From the NCBI GenBank assembly GCA_965215565.1, contig CBDCDZ010000004.1, positions 3,232,001-3,296,000 of the forward strand: 64,000 nt of DNA, given 5' to 3'. This DNA is from Trueperaceae bacterium. Its GTDB lineage: Bacteria; Deinococcota; Deinococci; Deinococcales; Trueperaceae. Positions 29,481 to 39,717 of the stretch are shown here, one piece after another. Each line of letters opens with the position of its first letter. Position 1 is the stretch's first letter. The notes under the pieces are model-generated. The model saw only the letters and a list, made by a program, of their open reading frames with translations. It made no database searches and was not told where the DNA came from. The translations under genes and the position numbers were made by a program.

Positions 29481-30392
29481 ATGACGAACCGGAACGTACT
29501 GGTCTACGGTGCGACAGGCTCACAAGCCAAGCCCGTAGCGAGAAAACTTTTAGATGCGGGACACACCGTGCGTGTGATGACGAGGGACCCCGGCAAAGCT
29601 GAAGACTTGGCTAATGCGGGCGCAGAGGTCTTCCAGGGTGACATGGGCGACTTGGAGAGCTTAAAGCGTGCGAGTGGCGGGATGGACGCGGTCTTTTTGC
29701 TCGTCCCCTTCTTCACTCAAAACCCTACCGACGGGGTGACTTATGGCAAAAACGCCGTTGACGCGGCGGTAGAGGCGGGCGTCAACCTCTTGGTCTGGAA
29801 TACGAGCGGTGAAATTCCACCCCAGCGCAGCGGCAACCCCGGCTTCGACGTGCGTTTGGACGTGTTGGAGCATCTGGAGGCGAGCGGTCTCCCTCACGTG
29901 GTCTTGCAACCGACGGCGTACATGGAGAACTTCTTGGGTCCGTGGACGCGCGCCGAAGTGGCTGAAGAGGACGTCTTCGCCTACCCCACACCCGACACGG
30001 TGCAGATGCAGTGGGTGGCGACGGACGACGTGGCGTCCTTCGCGGTCTACGCTCTGGAGCATCCCGAACTCGCCGACCTCAACATCAAGGTGTGCGGCCC
30101 CGAAAAACTCAACGGTACGGAGGTGGCGAAGCGTTTCAGCCGAGGCTTAGAGCGAGACGTCACCTTCCGAGCGATGCCCGCCCGAGAATTCGGAGAGAAG
30201 ATCGACGCGGTTTTCCCCGGCATGGGCGAGAGCGCGGCGCAGGGGTACGCAATGGCGTACGAGCACCCGGAGGTGTTCTCCTCCAACGTCGATTTAGATG
30301 CGGCGCTCGAGAAGATGCCTGTCGAGCTGACCTCTTTAGAGGTGTGGGTGCGCCAGCACGCAGAGGCGTTCTCCGCTCAGACGGTAAAATAA
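29481..30392 (+). CDS. NmrA-family NAD(P)-binding protein
   Basis: VYGATGSQ, PTAYMENF; RBS AAGGAG. Confidence 0.85.
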   Translation: MTNRNVLVYGATGSQAKPVARKLLDAGHTVRVMTRDPGKAEDLANAGAEVFQGDMGDLESLKRASGGMDAVFLLVPFFTQNPTDGVTYGKNAVDAAVEAGVNLLVWNTSGEIPPQRSGNPGFDVRLDVLEHLEASGLPHVVLQPTAYMENFLGPWTRAEVAEEDVFAYPTPDTVQMQWVATDDVASFAVYALEHPELADLNIKVCGPEKLNGTEVAKRFSRGLERDVTFRAMPAREFGEKIDAVFPGMGESAAQGYAMAYEHPEVFSSNVDLDAALEKMPVELTSLEVWVRQHAEAFSAQTVK

Positions 30393-30395
30393 CGC

Positions 30396-31028
30396 ATGAA
30401 ACTCGCGATTTTTGGTGCAACAGGGAAGACAGGCAAGCCGCTCGTCGAACAGGCGTTGGCGCAAGGTCACGAAGTGACGGCGCTCGTGCGCACGCCGTCC
30501 AAGCTCCCCATCCAGAGCAGTGACCTCACGCTCGTGCAGGGCGACGCGACGGACGCTATGGACGTGGACCGCATCGTTATTGGCGCGGACGCGGTGCTGA
30601 GCGCCCTCGGTCACGTCAAAGGCTCGCCCGACGACGTGCAGACCGTCGCGACGGAGCACATCATCAAGGCGATGAAGCGGCGCGGTGTGAAGCGCTTCGT
30701 CAGCTTGACGGGCGCGGGCGTCGAAGACCCGAACGACGAACCTAAGTTCGCCGACAAGGTCATCCGCTTCTTGCTCAAGACCTTTGCGGGCAAAGTCTTA
30801 GAAGACGCTAAGAACCACGCCGAGGTGCTGCGCCGAAATAGAGACATCGACTGGGTGATGGTGCGCGGACCAAGGCTCACGAACGGCGCGCATACGGGGG
30901 AATACCGCGTAGGTTATGTGGGAAAGAACTCGAGCACCCAAATCTCCCACGCCGACACCGCTGACTTTATGTTGAAACAAGTGACCGACGATACTTACAT
31001 TCATGAAGCGCCGGTGGTGAGTTACTAG
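30396..31028 (+). CDS. NAD(P)H-binding protein (flavin reductase/BVR-B-like SDR)
   Basis: IFGATGKTG, DAVLSALG, ISHADTADF. Confidence 0.85.
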   Translation: MKLAIFGATGKTGKPLVEQALAQGHEVTALVRTPSKLPIQSSDLTLVQGDATDAMDVDRIVIGADAVLSALGHVKGSPDDVQTVATEHIIKAMKRRGVKRFVSLTGAGVEDPNDEPKFADKVIRFLLKTFAGKVLEDAKNHAEVLRRNRDIDWVMVRGPRLTNGAHTGEYRVGYVGKNSSTQISHADTADFMLKQVTDDTYIHEAPVVSY

Positions 31029-31029
31029 A

Positions 31030-31091
31030 AAGCAACGAGCAATGAGTCTAAAGTTTTTTACTCATTGCTCGTTGCTTGTTACTCATTGCTA
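31030..31091. repeat. Heptamer-repeat hairpin, copy 2
   Basis: Perfect 18-bp IR AAGCAACGAGCAATGAGT / ACTCATTGCTCGTTGCTT plus an extra ACTCATTGCT. Confidence 0.75.
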
Positions 31092-31128
31092 CAGTACTGA
31101 CTTCGCATCCTCGACTGGAGGTTTTATC

Positions 31129-31767
31129 TTGCTTCACATTGATGTTTACGCCGACCTCGTCTGCCCCTGGTGCGCTATCGGGGAGGCGCGCTTGGAGAAG
31201 GCGCTCGCCGCGCGCCCGGACCTCGGCGTCACGCGCCGCTGGCGTCCCTTTCAACTCCGCCCCGAGATGCCCGAAAGTGGGCTGCCCTGGCGCGACTTCG
31301 CCAAGGAGAAGTTCGGTGGGATGAAAAACGCCGAAGCCGCCTTCGCGCAGGTGACGCAGCTCGCCGAAGCGGAGGGCTTGACCTTTGACTTCGGGCGCGT
31401 AGCGAGCGCGCCCAACACGGTGGACGCGCACCGGCTCGTGCTGCTGGCGTCTCGACAGGATAAAACGTGGGAGACAGCGCACGCGCTCTTCCGAGGCTAC
31501 TTCGCGGAGGGGCGGAACTTGAACGCCTCGGATGACCTCTTGGCGGTGGCGCAAGAGGTTGGACTGGAGGGTGCAACCACCTTGGAGAGCGACGCCTACA
31601 CACAAGAGGTCTGGGAGAGCCAACAAGAGGCGCAGCGCTTGGGCGTTTCAGGTGTACCGTTTTATGTTTTCAACGGGACGCACGGGCTTTCGGGTGCGCA
31701 ACCCGTCGGGACATTTTTACAAGTTTTGGACGCGCTCGCCCAGCCAGAAGCCAGCGCATCTGCGTAA
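31129..31767 (+). CDS. DsbA-family (FrnE-like) oxidoreductase
   Basis: DLVCPWC, PFQLRP, NTVDAHRL, GVSGVPF, SGAQP; TTG start after GGAGG. Confidence 0.88.
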   Translation: MLHIDVYADLVCPWCAIGEARLEKALAARPDLGVTRRWRPFQLRPEMPESGLPWRDFAKEKFGGMKNAEAAFAQVTQLAEAEGLTFDFGRVASAPNTVDAHRLVLLASRQDKTWETAHALFRGYFAEGRNLNASDDLLAVAQEVGLEGATTLESDAYTQEVWESQQEAQRLGVSGVPFYVFNGTHGLSGAQPVGTFLQVLDALAQPEASASA

Positions 31768-31882
31768 GGGCGGGTTTCAAACCCCTACCACGCTGCTGCA
31801 TTCCCTGTGTTTGTCGGCAGCGCTAAAATTCGTTCAAAAATGTACACGCGCCTTTACGCTGCGCACTCTGTATGGTGTGACG

Positions 31883-32293
31883 ATGACCTACGAAGAACTC
31901 CACACCCTCACCGCACGCTGGATGAACGAGGTCTGGCAGAAGCGTGATTTAGCCGCACTGGACGAACTTCATGCCCCGAACTTCCGCGACCGCAGCCCAG
32001 CAGGGCGGAGCGCGGATTTGGCGAGCTACCGCGAGGGCGTCGCGGAACTGTTCAAAGCCTTTCCCGACTTCGCCACCGTGACCGAAGATATTTTAGTTGA
32101 TGTACAAACATGTAAAACAGCCATTCGTTGGCGTGCAAGCGGCACGCATGAAGGTACGTTCATGGGTGCAGAGCCAACGCAAAAACGTATCACCTTTTCA
32201 GGTATCGAGATTTTACAGTTTGAAGCGGAGTGCATTGTGGCGCGCTGGGGTGAGTGGGATGGGCTCGAGATTTTAGCCCAACTGAAAGGATAA
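31883..32293 (+). CDS. SnoaL-like ester cyclase family protein
   Basis: AFPDF, RWRASGTHEGTFMGAEPT; leaderless TATGGT -10. Confidence 0.82.
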   Translation: MTYEELHTLTARWMNEVWQKRDLAALDELHAPNFRDRSPAGRSADLASYREGVAELFKAFPDFATVTEDILVDVQTCKTAIRWRASGTHEGTFMGAEPTQKRITFSGIEILQFEAECIVARWGEWDGLEILAQLKG

Positions 32294-32295
32294 AA

Positions 32296-33246
32296 ATGAA
32301 AGCGATGGTTCTAACCGAGTTCGGCAGCACCGAAAACTTCGAACTGCAGGAGAGGGATAAGCCCACGCCGGGTGCACAGCAAGTCGTCGTCAAAGTTCAC
32401 GCGACGTCGGTCAACTTAGCTGACACGGGCGTGCGCTCTGGCGCGTTTGGACCTATGATAAAGACGCCGACGCTGCTGGGCTACGACGTGTCGGGCGTCA
32501 TCGAAGCGGTGGGCGAGGGTGTCGAAAACTGGCAGGTGGGCGATGAGGTCTACTACGCGGTAGAACTCATGGGCGGCGTGGGCGCGAACGCCGAGTACAA
32601 CCTCACGCACATCTCTAAGCTCGCCCAGAAACCTAAAAATCTCTCGCACGCTGAAGCGGCGGCGGTGCCCGTGGCGGGCGGCACGGCGTACGCGGCGCTC
32701 GTCACGAGCGCGGACCTGCGCCTCGGACAGAGCGTCCTCATCCACGGCGCGGCGGGCGGCGTCGGGCACTTCGCGGTGCAACTTGCGAAGGCAGCGGGCG
32801 CGTACGTCTTCGCAAGTTGCGGCGCTTACGACGCTGACTTTGTCCGCTCACTCGGCGCAGATAGGGTCATAGACTACCGCGAAGAGGATTTCGTGAAGAC
32901 TGTGAACGCCGAAACGGACGGCGCGGGCGTGGGCGTGGTGCTGGACGCGGCGGGCGGACAAGTCGCTAAGAGTATCGGGGCGACGGCGCTGAACGGACAG
33001 ATCGTCACGGTGACGGGCGCACAAGGCGATCTCAACCCGGCGATGCGCAAAAACGTCACGGTGCGTTTCGTCCATTTGGAGGACGCGGCAGAGAAACTAG
33101 CGGCGATGCGTGTACTTTTCGAGCGCGGACAGCTCAGAGCCGAAGTCGGCGCGACGTTTCCTCTGGAGGAACTCGCCGGAGTGCACGACCTCTTAGAGCG
33201 CGGCGGCGACGCGGTGCGCGGCAAGGTTGTCGTCGAGGTTACGTAA
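32296..33246 (+). CDS. MDR-family quinone oxidoreductase-like protein
   Basis: MKAMV, ATSVN, GYDVSG, IHGAAGGVG, GKVVV. Confidence 0.88.
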   Translation: MKAMVLTEFGSTENFELQERDKPTPGAQQVVVKVHATSVNLADTGVRSGAFGPMIKTPTLLGYDVSGVIEAVGEGVENWQVGDEVYYAVELMGGVGANAEYNLTHISKLAQKPKNLSHAEAAAVPVAGGTAYAALVTSADLRLGQSVLIHGAAGGVGHFAVQLAKAAGAYVFASCGAYDADFVRSLGADRVIDYREEDFVKTVNAETDGAGVGVVLDAAGGQVAKSIGATALNGQIVTVTGAQGDLNPAMRKNVTVRFVHLEDAAEKLAAMRVLFERGQLRAEVGATFPLEELAGVHDLLERGGDAVRGKVVVEVT

Positions 33247-33290
33247 ACGCGCTCCAAAACGCTGCACAGTTGACTACAAGGAGAATCATC

Positions 33291-33722
33291 ATGGCATCAT
33301 CCGCTTCAACCCAGACCAGTGGCGTCCGTTACCGCCACCTCGCTCGGCTCGCACTCCTAGCAGCCGTCGCCGCGGCGATAACCAACGCAGTTCTCTTCTA
33401 CATCTTTAGACCGCTCGGCGCGTGGCCCCAAGATATTTTAGTGGCGGGGAACAACCCGATGACGGTGGTACCTATCATCCTCTTCTCGTGCGTGGGCGTC
33501 CTTGGCGCGGCGGTGGCGCTCGGGCTGCTCGCGCGGTTTACCGAACACTCTGAACGCAACTTCTACATCGTTGCGGCGCTCGTCTTCATCGGTTTTTTCT
33601 TCACGCCTTTCACCATTCCCAACGCGCCCACCATCATGGTTATCGCGCTAGAGATCGTTCACGTGCCGCCCGCCCTCGCCTCCATTATCGTCTTGCCCAA
33701 AGCGCTGGAAGGAAACGCATGA
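33291..33722 (+). CDS. Four-TM membrane protein (DUF6069-like)
   Basis: Four hydrophobic segments; RBS AAGGAG. Confidence 0.6.
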   Translation: MASSASTQTSGVRYRHLARLALLAAVAAAITNAVLFYIFRPLGAWPQDILVAGNNPMTVVPIILFSCVGVLGAAVALGLLARFTEHSERNFYIVAALVFIGFFFTPFTIPNAPTIMVIALEIVHVPPALASIIVLPKALEGNA

Positions 33723-34069
33723 GCCGCATCACGGTTGCGCCGTCCGACAAAGAGATCGAGGTCCGCTTCGCGGGTGAGGTCATCGCGTCTTCGGCGAACG
33801 CATTGGCGCTTAAAGAGGGTGACTACCCCGCCGTTTACTACCTGCCACCTCATGATGTCAACGGGGCGTATCTGAGCCAAACGGACCACCAAACGCACTG
33901 CCCTTGGAAGGGCGACGCGGCGTACTGGAGCGTCGAAGTGAACGGCGATAGGGCGGAGAACGCTGTGTGGGCGTACCCTGAGCCGAAAGAGGACGTCAAA
34001 GAGATCGAGGGGTACATGGCGTTTTATCCGAGCAAGCTCGAGGTGAAAGTGGACGGCAAAATCCTTTAA
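33719..34069 (+). CDS. DUF427 family protein
   Basis: YYLP..DV, THCPWKGDAAYW, NAVWAYPEP. Confidence 0.88.
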   Translation: MSRITVAPSDKEIEVRFAGEVIASSANALALKEGDYPAVYYLPPHDVNGAYLSQTDHQTHCPWKGDAAYWSVEVNGDRAENAVWAYPEPKEDVKEIEGYMAFYPSKLEVKVDGKIL

Positions 34070-34737
34070 CGGTAGTGGCTCTATCTGGTAAGGACAGGGG
34101 TGTCAAGGCAAGGGGTTGAAACCCCTTGTTCATCGTGTGGAGACGGTAGAAGAAGCGCGCGGCGGCATTCGACTCGTTATAGCAAGTATCATTTGGTTTG
34201 AGCCAATCTGAGAAGAGAAAACACGCTTTCCTTCGGAAAACTTCGTAACTAGCACGCACATTCGAGAATGAAATCCCGCTAGTTCTTCGAACTGAGACTT
34301 GTGTGATTAAGCTCAGTGTTTGGGTGAATTGCTGTACCTTTTGAATCTTTTCTGCTCTCACGCAACCCCGTATGAGACGCTGACAAGCCAAAACCACCTC
34401 AACGCCCGCCTGTCTATACGGCATACGGGTCTACGCAGCACATAAGCAGCACTGTTAAATATCTCCCTTTTCGCATTTTCTTACCGTTACGCCTTCTAAA
34501 GAGGTTTAGACTGAAGGATGAACGGATTTATATTTCCAATACTGCAACCTTTCTATACTGAGACGAATGACCGCAGTGACCATCCCACAACATATGAGCT
34601 AAGCAATGTTCTACAAAGAGTGAGCGCTGCTTCGCCTAGCGACAGCGTGCCACGCGACAGTAACTTCGTTCACCGTAACCAGATAATATCTGCTTTTCCA
34701 TGTAAGCCACCTTCCAGCTTATGTCGCCGAGCGTAGT

Positions 34738-34761
34738 AAACTTGATACATGCACGCTCATA
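34738..34761. promoter_or_regulatory. Degenerate HAIR (HspR operator)-like site upstream of lon
   Basis: AAA-CTTGATA-N7-GCTCATA vs consensus CTTGAGT-N7-ACTCAAG. Confidence 0.4.
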
Positions 34762-34810
34762 TTTCCGTAGCAACCTCAGAAGTTAAACCTCTCGCTCAGA
34801 GGAGAATGAT

Positions 34811-37255
34811 ATGGCAGAGATAACCAACGACGAACTCTTCGACGCGGCGATTCCCGTTTGCCCGGTGCGCGGCTCGGTCCTTTACCCCACGATGGTCATG
34901 CCGATCGACGCGGGGCGCGGTGTCTCGATTCGGGCGATTAACGCGGCCTTAGACCGCAACCGCACTATCTTGATTGTGAGCCAGAAGGACCGCGAAGTGG
35001 AGGAGCCCACGGGTGACGACCTCTTCGAAGTCGGCACGGTGTGTAACATCTTGCGGATGAAGAAGAACCCGAACGGCAGCATCCAGATGCTCGTGCAGGC
35101 GTTTGCGCGGGTGCACATCGACGCCTATCACTCGGGCGAAATCATCGAAGCAGACGTGTCGCCTTTTGAAGTGCCGACGGGCAATGAGGTCACGCTCGAG
35201 GCTGCCTTCCGCGAACTCAAAGAGAAGTTCTCGGACGTCATCGAGTCCGGGCGCAACATCCAACCCGAAGTCGCGCAGTTCGTGATGAACTTGGACGACG
35301 CGGGGCAGTTCGCGGATTACGTGGCGTATCATCTAGACTTTCGCTTGGAGGACAAGCAAGAGGTCTTGGAGTCCGACTCCGTCGAGGAGCGCGTCCGCAA
35401 GGTCTTGGTCTTGATTGACACCGAAATCGAACTCGCCGAAACCCAGCGCCGCGTTCAGCGTGAGGTCAAGGACGAGATCGACCGCAACCAACGCGAGTAC
35501 TTCTTGCGCGAGCAGATTAAAGCCTTGCAGCGCGAGCTGTCCGGCTCCGAAGAGGGCGACGACGAAGTTGAGAACTTCCGCGTCAAGTTAGACGAGCTGA
35601 ACTTGGACGAAGAGGTCATGAAAGAGGCCGAGCGCGAACTGAACCGTTTGGCCCGGATGCACCCCGACTCGGCGGAAGCCTCGGTCATTCGCACCTACCT
35701 CACAACGATTACCGAACTCCCCTGGAACGAGCGTAGCGAAGACCGCCTCAAGTTGGATAAAGCGATCGACATCCTAGACGAAGACCACTACGGCTTGGAG
35801 AAGATCAAAGACCGCGTCATCGAATACCTCGCCGTGCGCAAGCTCAAAGCGGACCGCGCCGCGAAAGGGGAACTCGAAGAGGGCGAAGTCAACCGTGGGC
35901 CCATTCTCCTGTTCGTCGGACCGCCTGGCGTCGGTAAAACCTCGATTGCCAAGTCCATCGCCAAAGCGTTAGGGCGCGAATACGTGCGCATCTCACTGGG
36001 CGGCGCACGCGACGAGTCCGACATCCGCGGACACCGCCGCACCTATATCGGCTCCATGCCGGGGCGCATTATTCAGGGCATCCGTCAAGCCGGGACGAAA
36101 AACCCCGTCTTTCTCTTGGACGAAATCGACAAGCTCGGAATGAGCTATCAGGGGGACCCGTCCTCCGCACTCTTGGAGGTCCTAGACCCCGCTCAAAACA
36201 GCACCTTTGTGGACCACTACTTAGGCGTCCCTTTTGACCTCTCCGAAGTCTTGTTCATCGCCACCGCAAACTATGGGCAGCAGATTCCCGAAGCGTTGAT
36301 GGATCGGATGGAAACATTAGAGTTCTCCTCCTACATCGAGCCGGAAAAGGTCGAAATCGCCAAGCGCTACCTCTTGCCGCGCCAGGTCAGGGAGAACGGG
36401 CTCAAAGAGAAGCAGCTCATCATCTCGGACGGCGCACTCACCAAGCTCGTGACCTCTTATACGCGCGAGGCGGGCGTCCGCAACTTGGAGCGCACTATCG
36501 GCACCTTGGCTCGCAAGTCGGCGCGGCGCATCGCCGAGGGCGACAAGAAGCGCATACGCATCGGTGAGCGTTCCTTGGAGCAGTTCTTGGGACCGGAGCG
36601 TTTCACACCCGAGAGCGAAGCCGAAGACAACCTCGTTGGTGTGGCGACAGGCATGTACTACACGCCCGTCGGCGGCGACATCCTCTTCGTCGAAACGTCA
36701 GTCACGCCCGGCAAAGGCGGCTTAGTCTTGACGGGGCAGCTCGGCGACGTGATGAAGGAGTCGGCGCGCGCGGCTTTAACCTACGCGAAGAACAATGCGG
36801 AGCGCTTCGGCATCGCTCAAGACGTGCTCGACAACCACGAACTGCACATCCACGTGCCCGCAGGCGCGACGCCTAAAGAGGGGCCGAGTGCCGGGGTTGC
36901 CATCGCTACCTCGCTCATTAGCGCCTTGACGGGCGTGCCGGTGCGCAAAGACGTCGCCTCGACGGGTGAGATTACTCTACGCGGACGGGTGCTCCCTATC
37001 GGCGGGCTCAAGGAGAAAATCTTGGGGGCTAAGCGTGCGGGCATCAAGCACATTGTCTTCCCTGAGAAGAACCTCTCGGACTTAAACGACATCCCGAGCC
37101 ACCTGCGCCGCAGCTTGGAGTTCCACGAGGTGGACGACTTAGACAAAGCGTTAGAGGTCTTTATGGTCGGTGGGTTGGAGGCGCTCGAGTCTCGCAAGAA
37201 GCCCAAGAAGAGCCGCAAGCGTAAGGACCCGGAAGCGCCAGCGGCGCAAGCGTAA
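34811..37255 (+). CDS. lon: ATP-dependent Lon protease
   Basis: [45 protein letters not shown]. Confidence 0.96.
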   Translation: MAEITNDELFDAAIPVCPVRGSVLYPTMVMPIDAGRGVSIRAINAALDRNRTILIVSQKDREVEEPTGDDLFEVGTVCNILRMKKNPNGSIQMLVQAFARVHIDAYHSGEIIEADVSPFEVPTGNEVTLEAAFRELKEKFSDVIESGRNIQPEVAQFVMNLDDAGQFADYVAYHLDFRLEDKQEVLESDSVEERVRKVLVLIDTEIELAETQRRVQREVKDEIDRNQREYFLREQIKALQRELSGSEEGDDEVENFRVKLDELNLDEEVMKEAERELNRLARMHPDSAEASVIRTYLTTITELPWNERSEDRLKLDKAIDILDEDHYGLEKIKDRVIEYLAVRKLKADRAAKGELEEGEVNRGPILLFVGPPGVGKTSIAKSIAKALGREYVRISLGGARDESDIRGHRRTYIGSMPGRIIQGIRQAGTKNPVFLLDEIDKLGMSYQGDPSSALLEVLDPAQNSTFVDHYLGVPFDLSEVLFIATANYGQQIPEALMDRMETLEFSSYIEPEKVEIAKRYLLPRQVRENGLKEKQLIISDGALTKLVTSYTREAGVRNLERTIGTLARKSARRIAEGDKKRIRIGERSLEQFLGPERFTPESEAEDNLVGVATGMYYTPVGGDILFVETSVTPGKGGLVLTGQLGDVMKESARAALTYAKNNAERFGIAQDVLDNHELHIHVPAGATPKEGPSAGVAIATSLISALTGVPVRKDVASTGEITLRGRVLPIGGLKEKILGAKRAGIKHIVFPEKNLSDLNDIPSHLRRSLEFHEVDDLDKALEVFMVGGLEALESRKKPKKSRKRKDPEAPAAQA

Positions 37256-37273
37256 CTGAAATAGATAAACCGT

Positions 37274-37312
37274 AGAGAGGGCTGAGTTTCGACTCAGCTC
37301 TCTTCTTTTGTT
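37274..37312 (+). terminator. Intrinsic terminator after lon
   Basis: AGAGGGCTGAGT-TTCG-ACTCAGCTCTCT followed by TCTTTTGTTTT. Confidence 0.8.
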
Positions 37313-37339
37313 TTGCTGCGATTGGCATATACTGACGCT

Positions 37340-37573
37340 ATGAAGCACATAACGATTGACTTAGACCCCGAGTTAGAGATTATGCTCAAGCTCGAGGCGA
37401 TGCGACAGCAAAAGCCGGTGACTGAAGTCATTCGTGAGACACTTAAAGAGAAATTTGTGAATAAGCCTCGTCCGCAATCTAAATACATCGGTGCATTCGA
37501 CAGTGGACGCTCAGATACCGCTGAAAGGCATGAAGAACTCTTAGGGGAATGGGGCTTTGGTGAGGACGGTTGA
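37340..37573 (+). CDS. Ribbon-helix-helix (CopG-like) putative antitoxin
   Basis: MKHITIDLDPEL...EVIRETL...GAFDSGRSDTAERHEELL; TATACT -10. Confidence 0.75.
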   Translation: MKHITIDLDPELEIMLKLEAMRQQKPVTEVIRETLKEKFVNKPRPQSKYIGAFDSGRSDTAERHEELLGEWGFGEDG

Positions 37574-37639
37574 TTCATCATAAACCGGAAACATTTTAGC
37601 GCGGTGGCGCAAGAGGTGAGGCTCGAGCTGCTTCCCTAA
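37574..37639 (+). pseudogene. Remnant resembling the C-terminus of a PIN/VapC toxin
   Basis: FIINRKHFSAVAQEVRLELLP* directly after the antitoxin stop. Confidence 0.5.
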
Positions 37640-37673
37640 GCGTAACCTCTTTTCAGAGCGGAATAACGCGCCG

Positions 37674-39152
37674 TCACGGTTTTACCGAGCGCGTCGCTAT
37701 ACTTAGAGGTGTTCTTACGCTACCCCAAAGCAGCGCAAGCACACCCGCCACAGTGAAAACATAGCCGACATCGGGCGTGCTGAGGCGTATAGAAGACATT
37801 GGCGCGTCAAATACTCGAGGAAGGCCGAAGAGAAACCCTGCGCCAAGCGCGATAAAAGCTGCGCTCAGAAAGGCGCTCCGAAGAGGTCTGAAGCGCTCCT
37901 TATGTCTCGCACGGCTCACGAGGAAGCTCAGCAGATCAGCGAGAACGATGAGCGAGCAGAGGATGACGCCCCAAAACGCCGCGAGGGACGCTGAGAAGCC
38001 TGTCGGCTGAACCTCTTGCGCCAGGAGCATCCGAAAGGCGTTCTTGGCAATCTCCCAGCGCCGCTCATTCGCGAGATAGCTTTCAGCGTTCGTGAGCATG
38101 ACTAAACCCAAATCACGTTCGGGCGCAATCATCATATTGGCGTGGTAGCCCGTAAAAGAACCGTAGTGGTTGAGTACCCGCTCGCCTTCCCAACGTTCAT
38201 CAAACCAACCCATCGCGTAAAAGTCATCGTAGGGCGTCGGCGCTGTGCCTCGGTGAAGCGTCGCTACACCCGCTTCGCTCAGAACGCGCTGACCGTCATA
38301 AACACCGCCATTTACATGAGCGATAAGGTAGCGTCCCATATCTTCGATACTCGAGCTGAGCAAATAAGAGGGTAAATCGCTCCGCCCAAAAGGAAGGTTA
38401 GGACTTGCCACCGCGCGACCAAAGATGTAGCGGTGACCTACCGCGAGTCCGTTTTTCCTAGCCTCACCTATGGAGGCGTAACTATCATTCATCTGAAGAG
38501 GTTCGAAGATGCTGCGCGTAATGTAGCTTTCGTAGGATTGGCCTGTGACGGCCTCGATAACCGCACCCGCGATGACATAGTTGACGTTTGAATACGCGAA
38601 CTGCTCACCGGGAGGTGAGGACAAGCTGACGGAGAGAGCTTCGACGCGCTTACGGACAGCGTCAGATGAGCGGTCTTGGCTACCCTCATAACCCAAACCG
38701 TCCCACCACGTAATGCCTGTGGTGTGGTTAAGCGTATGTCGAACGGTGATGTCGTCTGCTCGAGGATCGTCAAGCGTGAAGTAAGGAAGATAGGTTTTAA
38801 CAGGGGTGTCTAAGTTCACCTCACCACGTTCCACAAGCTGCATCACGGCGAGCGCGGTGAACGATTTCGTAAGTGATCCTATAACGAAAGGCGTGTCTGG
38901 CGTTACGGCGTTCCCTCGAGCGTCTGCCACGCCGTACGTCTCTAAGAGCGCAACGTCGTCGCCTCGAACTACGACAAGGGCAGCACCGGGCATGCCTGTA
39001 GCAGCAAGTTCGTCTTCGACGTACTGACTCACCTCTTGCAAACTGTTAGCTTGAGCCAAGCTGTAGAGAAGAGCGAGCGCAAGGATAAAGAGCAGGTTGA
39101 AAAATCTAATTCGTTTATGCGTTTGTTGGCTGAAGCTGCGTGGCTGACTCAT
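37674..39152 (-). CDS. Serine hydrolase, beta-lactamase family, with C-terminal TM helices
   Basis: GSLTK (SxxK), YSN, HYG motifs. Confidence 0.85.
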   Translation of the reverse strand: MSQPRSFSQQTHKRIRFFNLLFILALALLYSLAQANSLQEVSQYVEDELAATGMPGAALVVVRGDDVALLETYGVADARGNAVTPDTPFVIGSLTKSFTALAVMQLVERGEVNLDTPVKTYLPYFTLDDPRADDITVRHTLNHTTGITWWDGLGYEGSQDRSSDAVRKRVEALSVSLSSPPGEQFAYSNVNYVIAGAVIEAVTGQSYESYITRSIFEPLQMNDSYASIGEARKNGLAVGHRYIFGRAVASPNLPFGRSDLPSYLLSSSIEDMGRYLIAHVNGGVYDGQRVLSEAGVATLHRGTAPTPYDDFYAMGWFDERWEGERVLNHYGSFTGYHANMMIAPERDLGLVMLTNAESYLANERRWEIAKNAFRMLLAQEVQPTGFSASLAAFWGVILCSLIVLADLLSFLVSRARHKERFRPLRSAFLSAAFIALGAGFLFGLPRVFDAPMSSIRLSTPDVGYVFTVAGVLALLWGSVRTPLSIATRSVKP

Positions 39153-39228
39153 GAAAACTCACCTCAGACTCCAAAATACTCAGAGAAAGGAGGCGGATAC
39201 ATCCACAAAAAGGTGGAGACGCTACGAC

Positions 39229-39717
39229 TTATTCTTCAGCGTTAAATTCTTCACTCACCTCGAGCACCCGCTTCACCACATCCCCCGGATACCCCCGCCG
39301 CGCCAGGTACGCATACGCCTTGCTACGCCGCTCAAATGGCTCCCCCTTCCAGCGCCACGCCTGCTTCTCCACCAATGTCAGCGCCGCTTGCACCTGCTCC
39401 TCTTCGCCTAGTTCTTCGATAGCGGGCGCGATGAGCTTACCTGGTACACCCTTCTGATATAGCTCCTGCTTGAGCGCCAACGGCCCCTTTTTGCGTTTGC
39501 GGGCGCGGATGTAGTTCTCAGCGTACAAAGCGTCATCGACGAAGTAGAGGCGCTCGAGCTTCTCCAGCACCCGCTCAATGGTTTCGGGGCTAGCCTCTTT
39601 GCGCTCCAACTTCTTGGCGAGTTGCGCCTTAGTATACGACTGCCGCCCTAAGAGCCACAGCACATAGTTCCAAGCGCGTTCATACGTATAAGGTCCGCTT
39701 TTCGTCCGTCCTGCCAT
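39229..39717 (-). CDS. recX: Regulatory protein RecX
   Basis: LLGRQSYT..QL..KL, VDDALYA, GPLALKQEL.QKG, YLARRGY. Confidence 0.88.
   Translation of the reverse strand: MAGRTKSGPYTYERAWNYVLWLLGRQSYTKAQLAKKLERKEASPETIERVLEKLERLYFVDDALYAENYIRARKRKKGPLALKQELYQKGVPGKLIAPAIEELGEEEQVQAALTLVEKQAWRWKGEPFERRSKAYAYLARRGYPGDVVKRVLEVSEEFNAEE

Noticed and set aside
34070..34736. ORFs 33996-34424 (-) and 34518-34736 (+) upstream of lon
   Set aside because: No recognisable motifs or start signals and atypical composition; no RNA structure I can support
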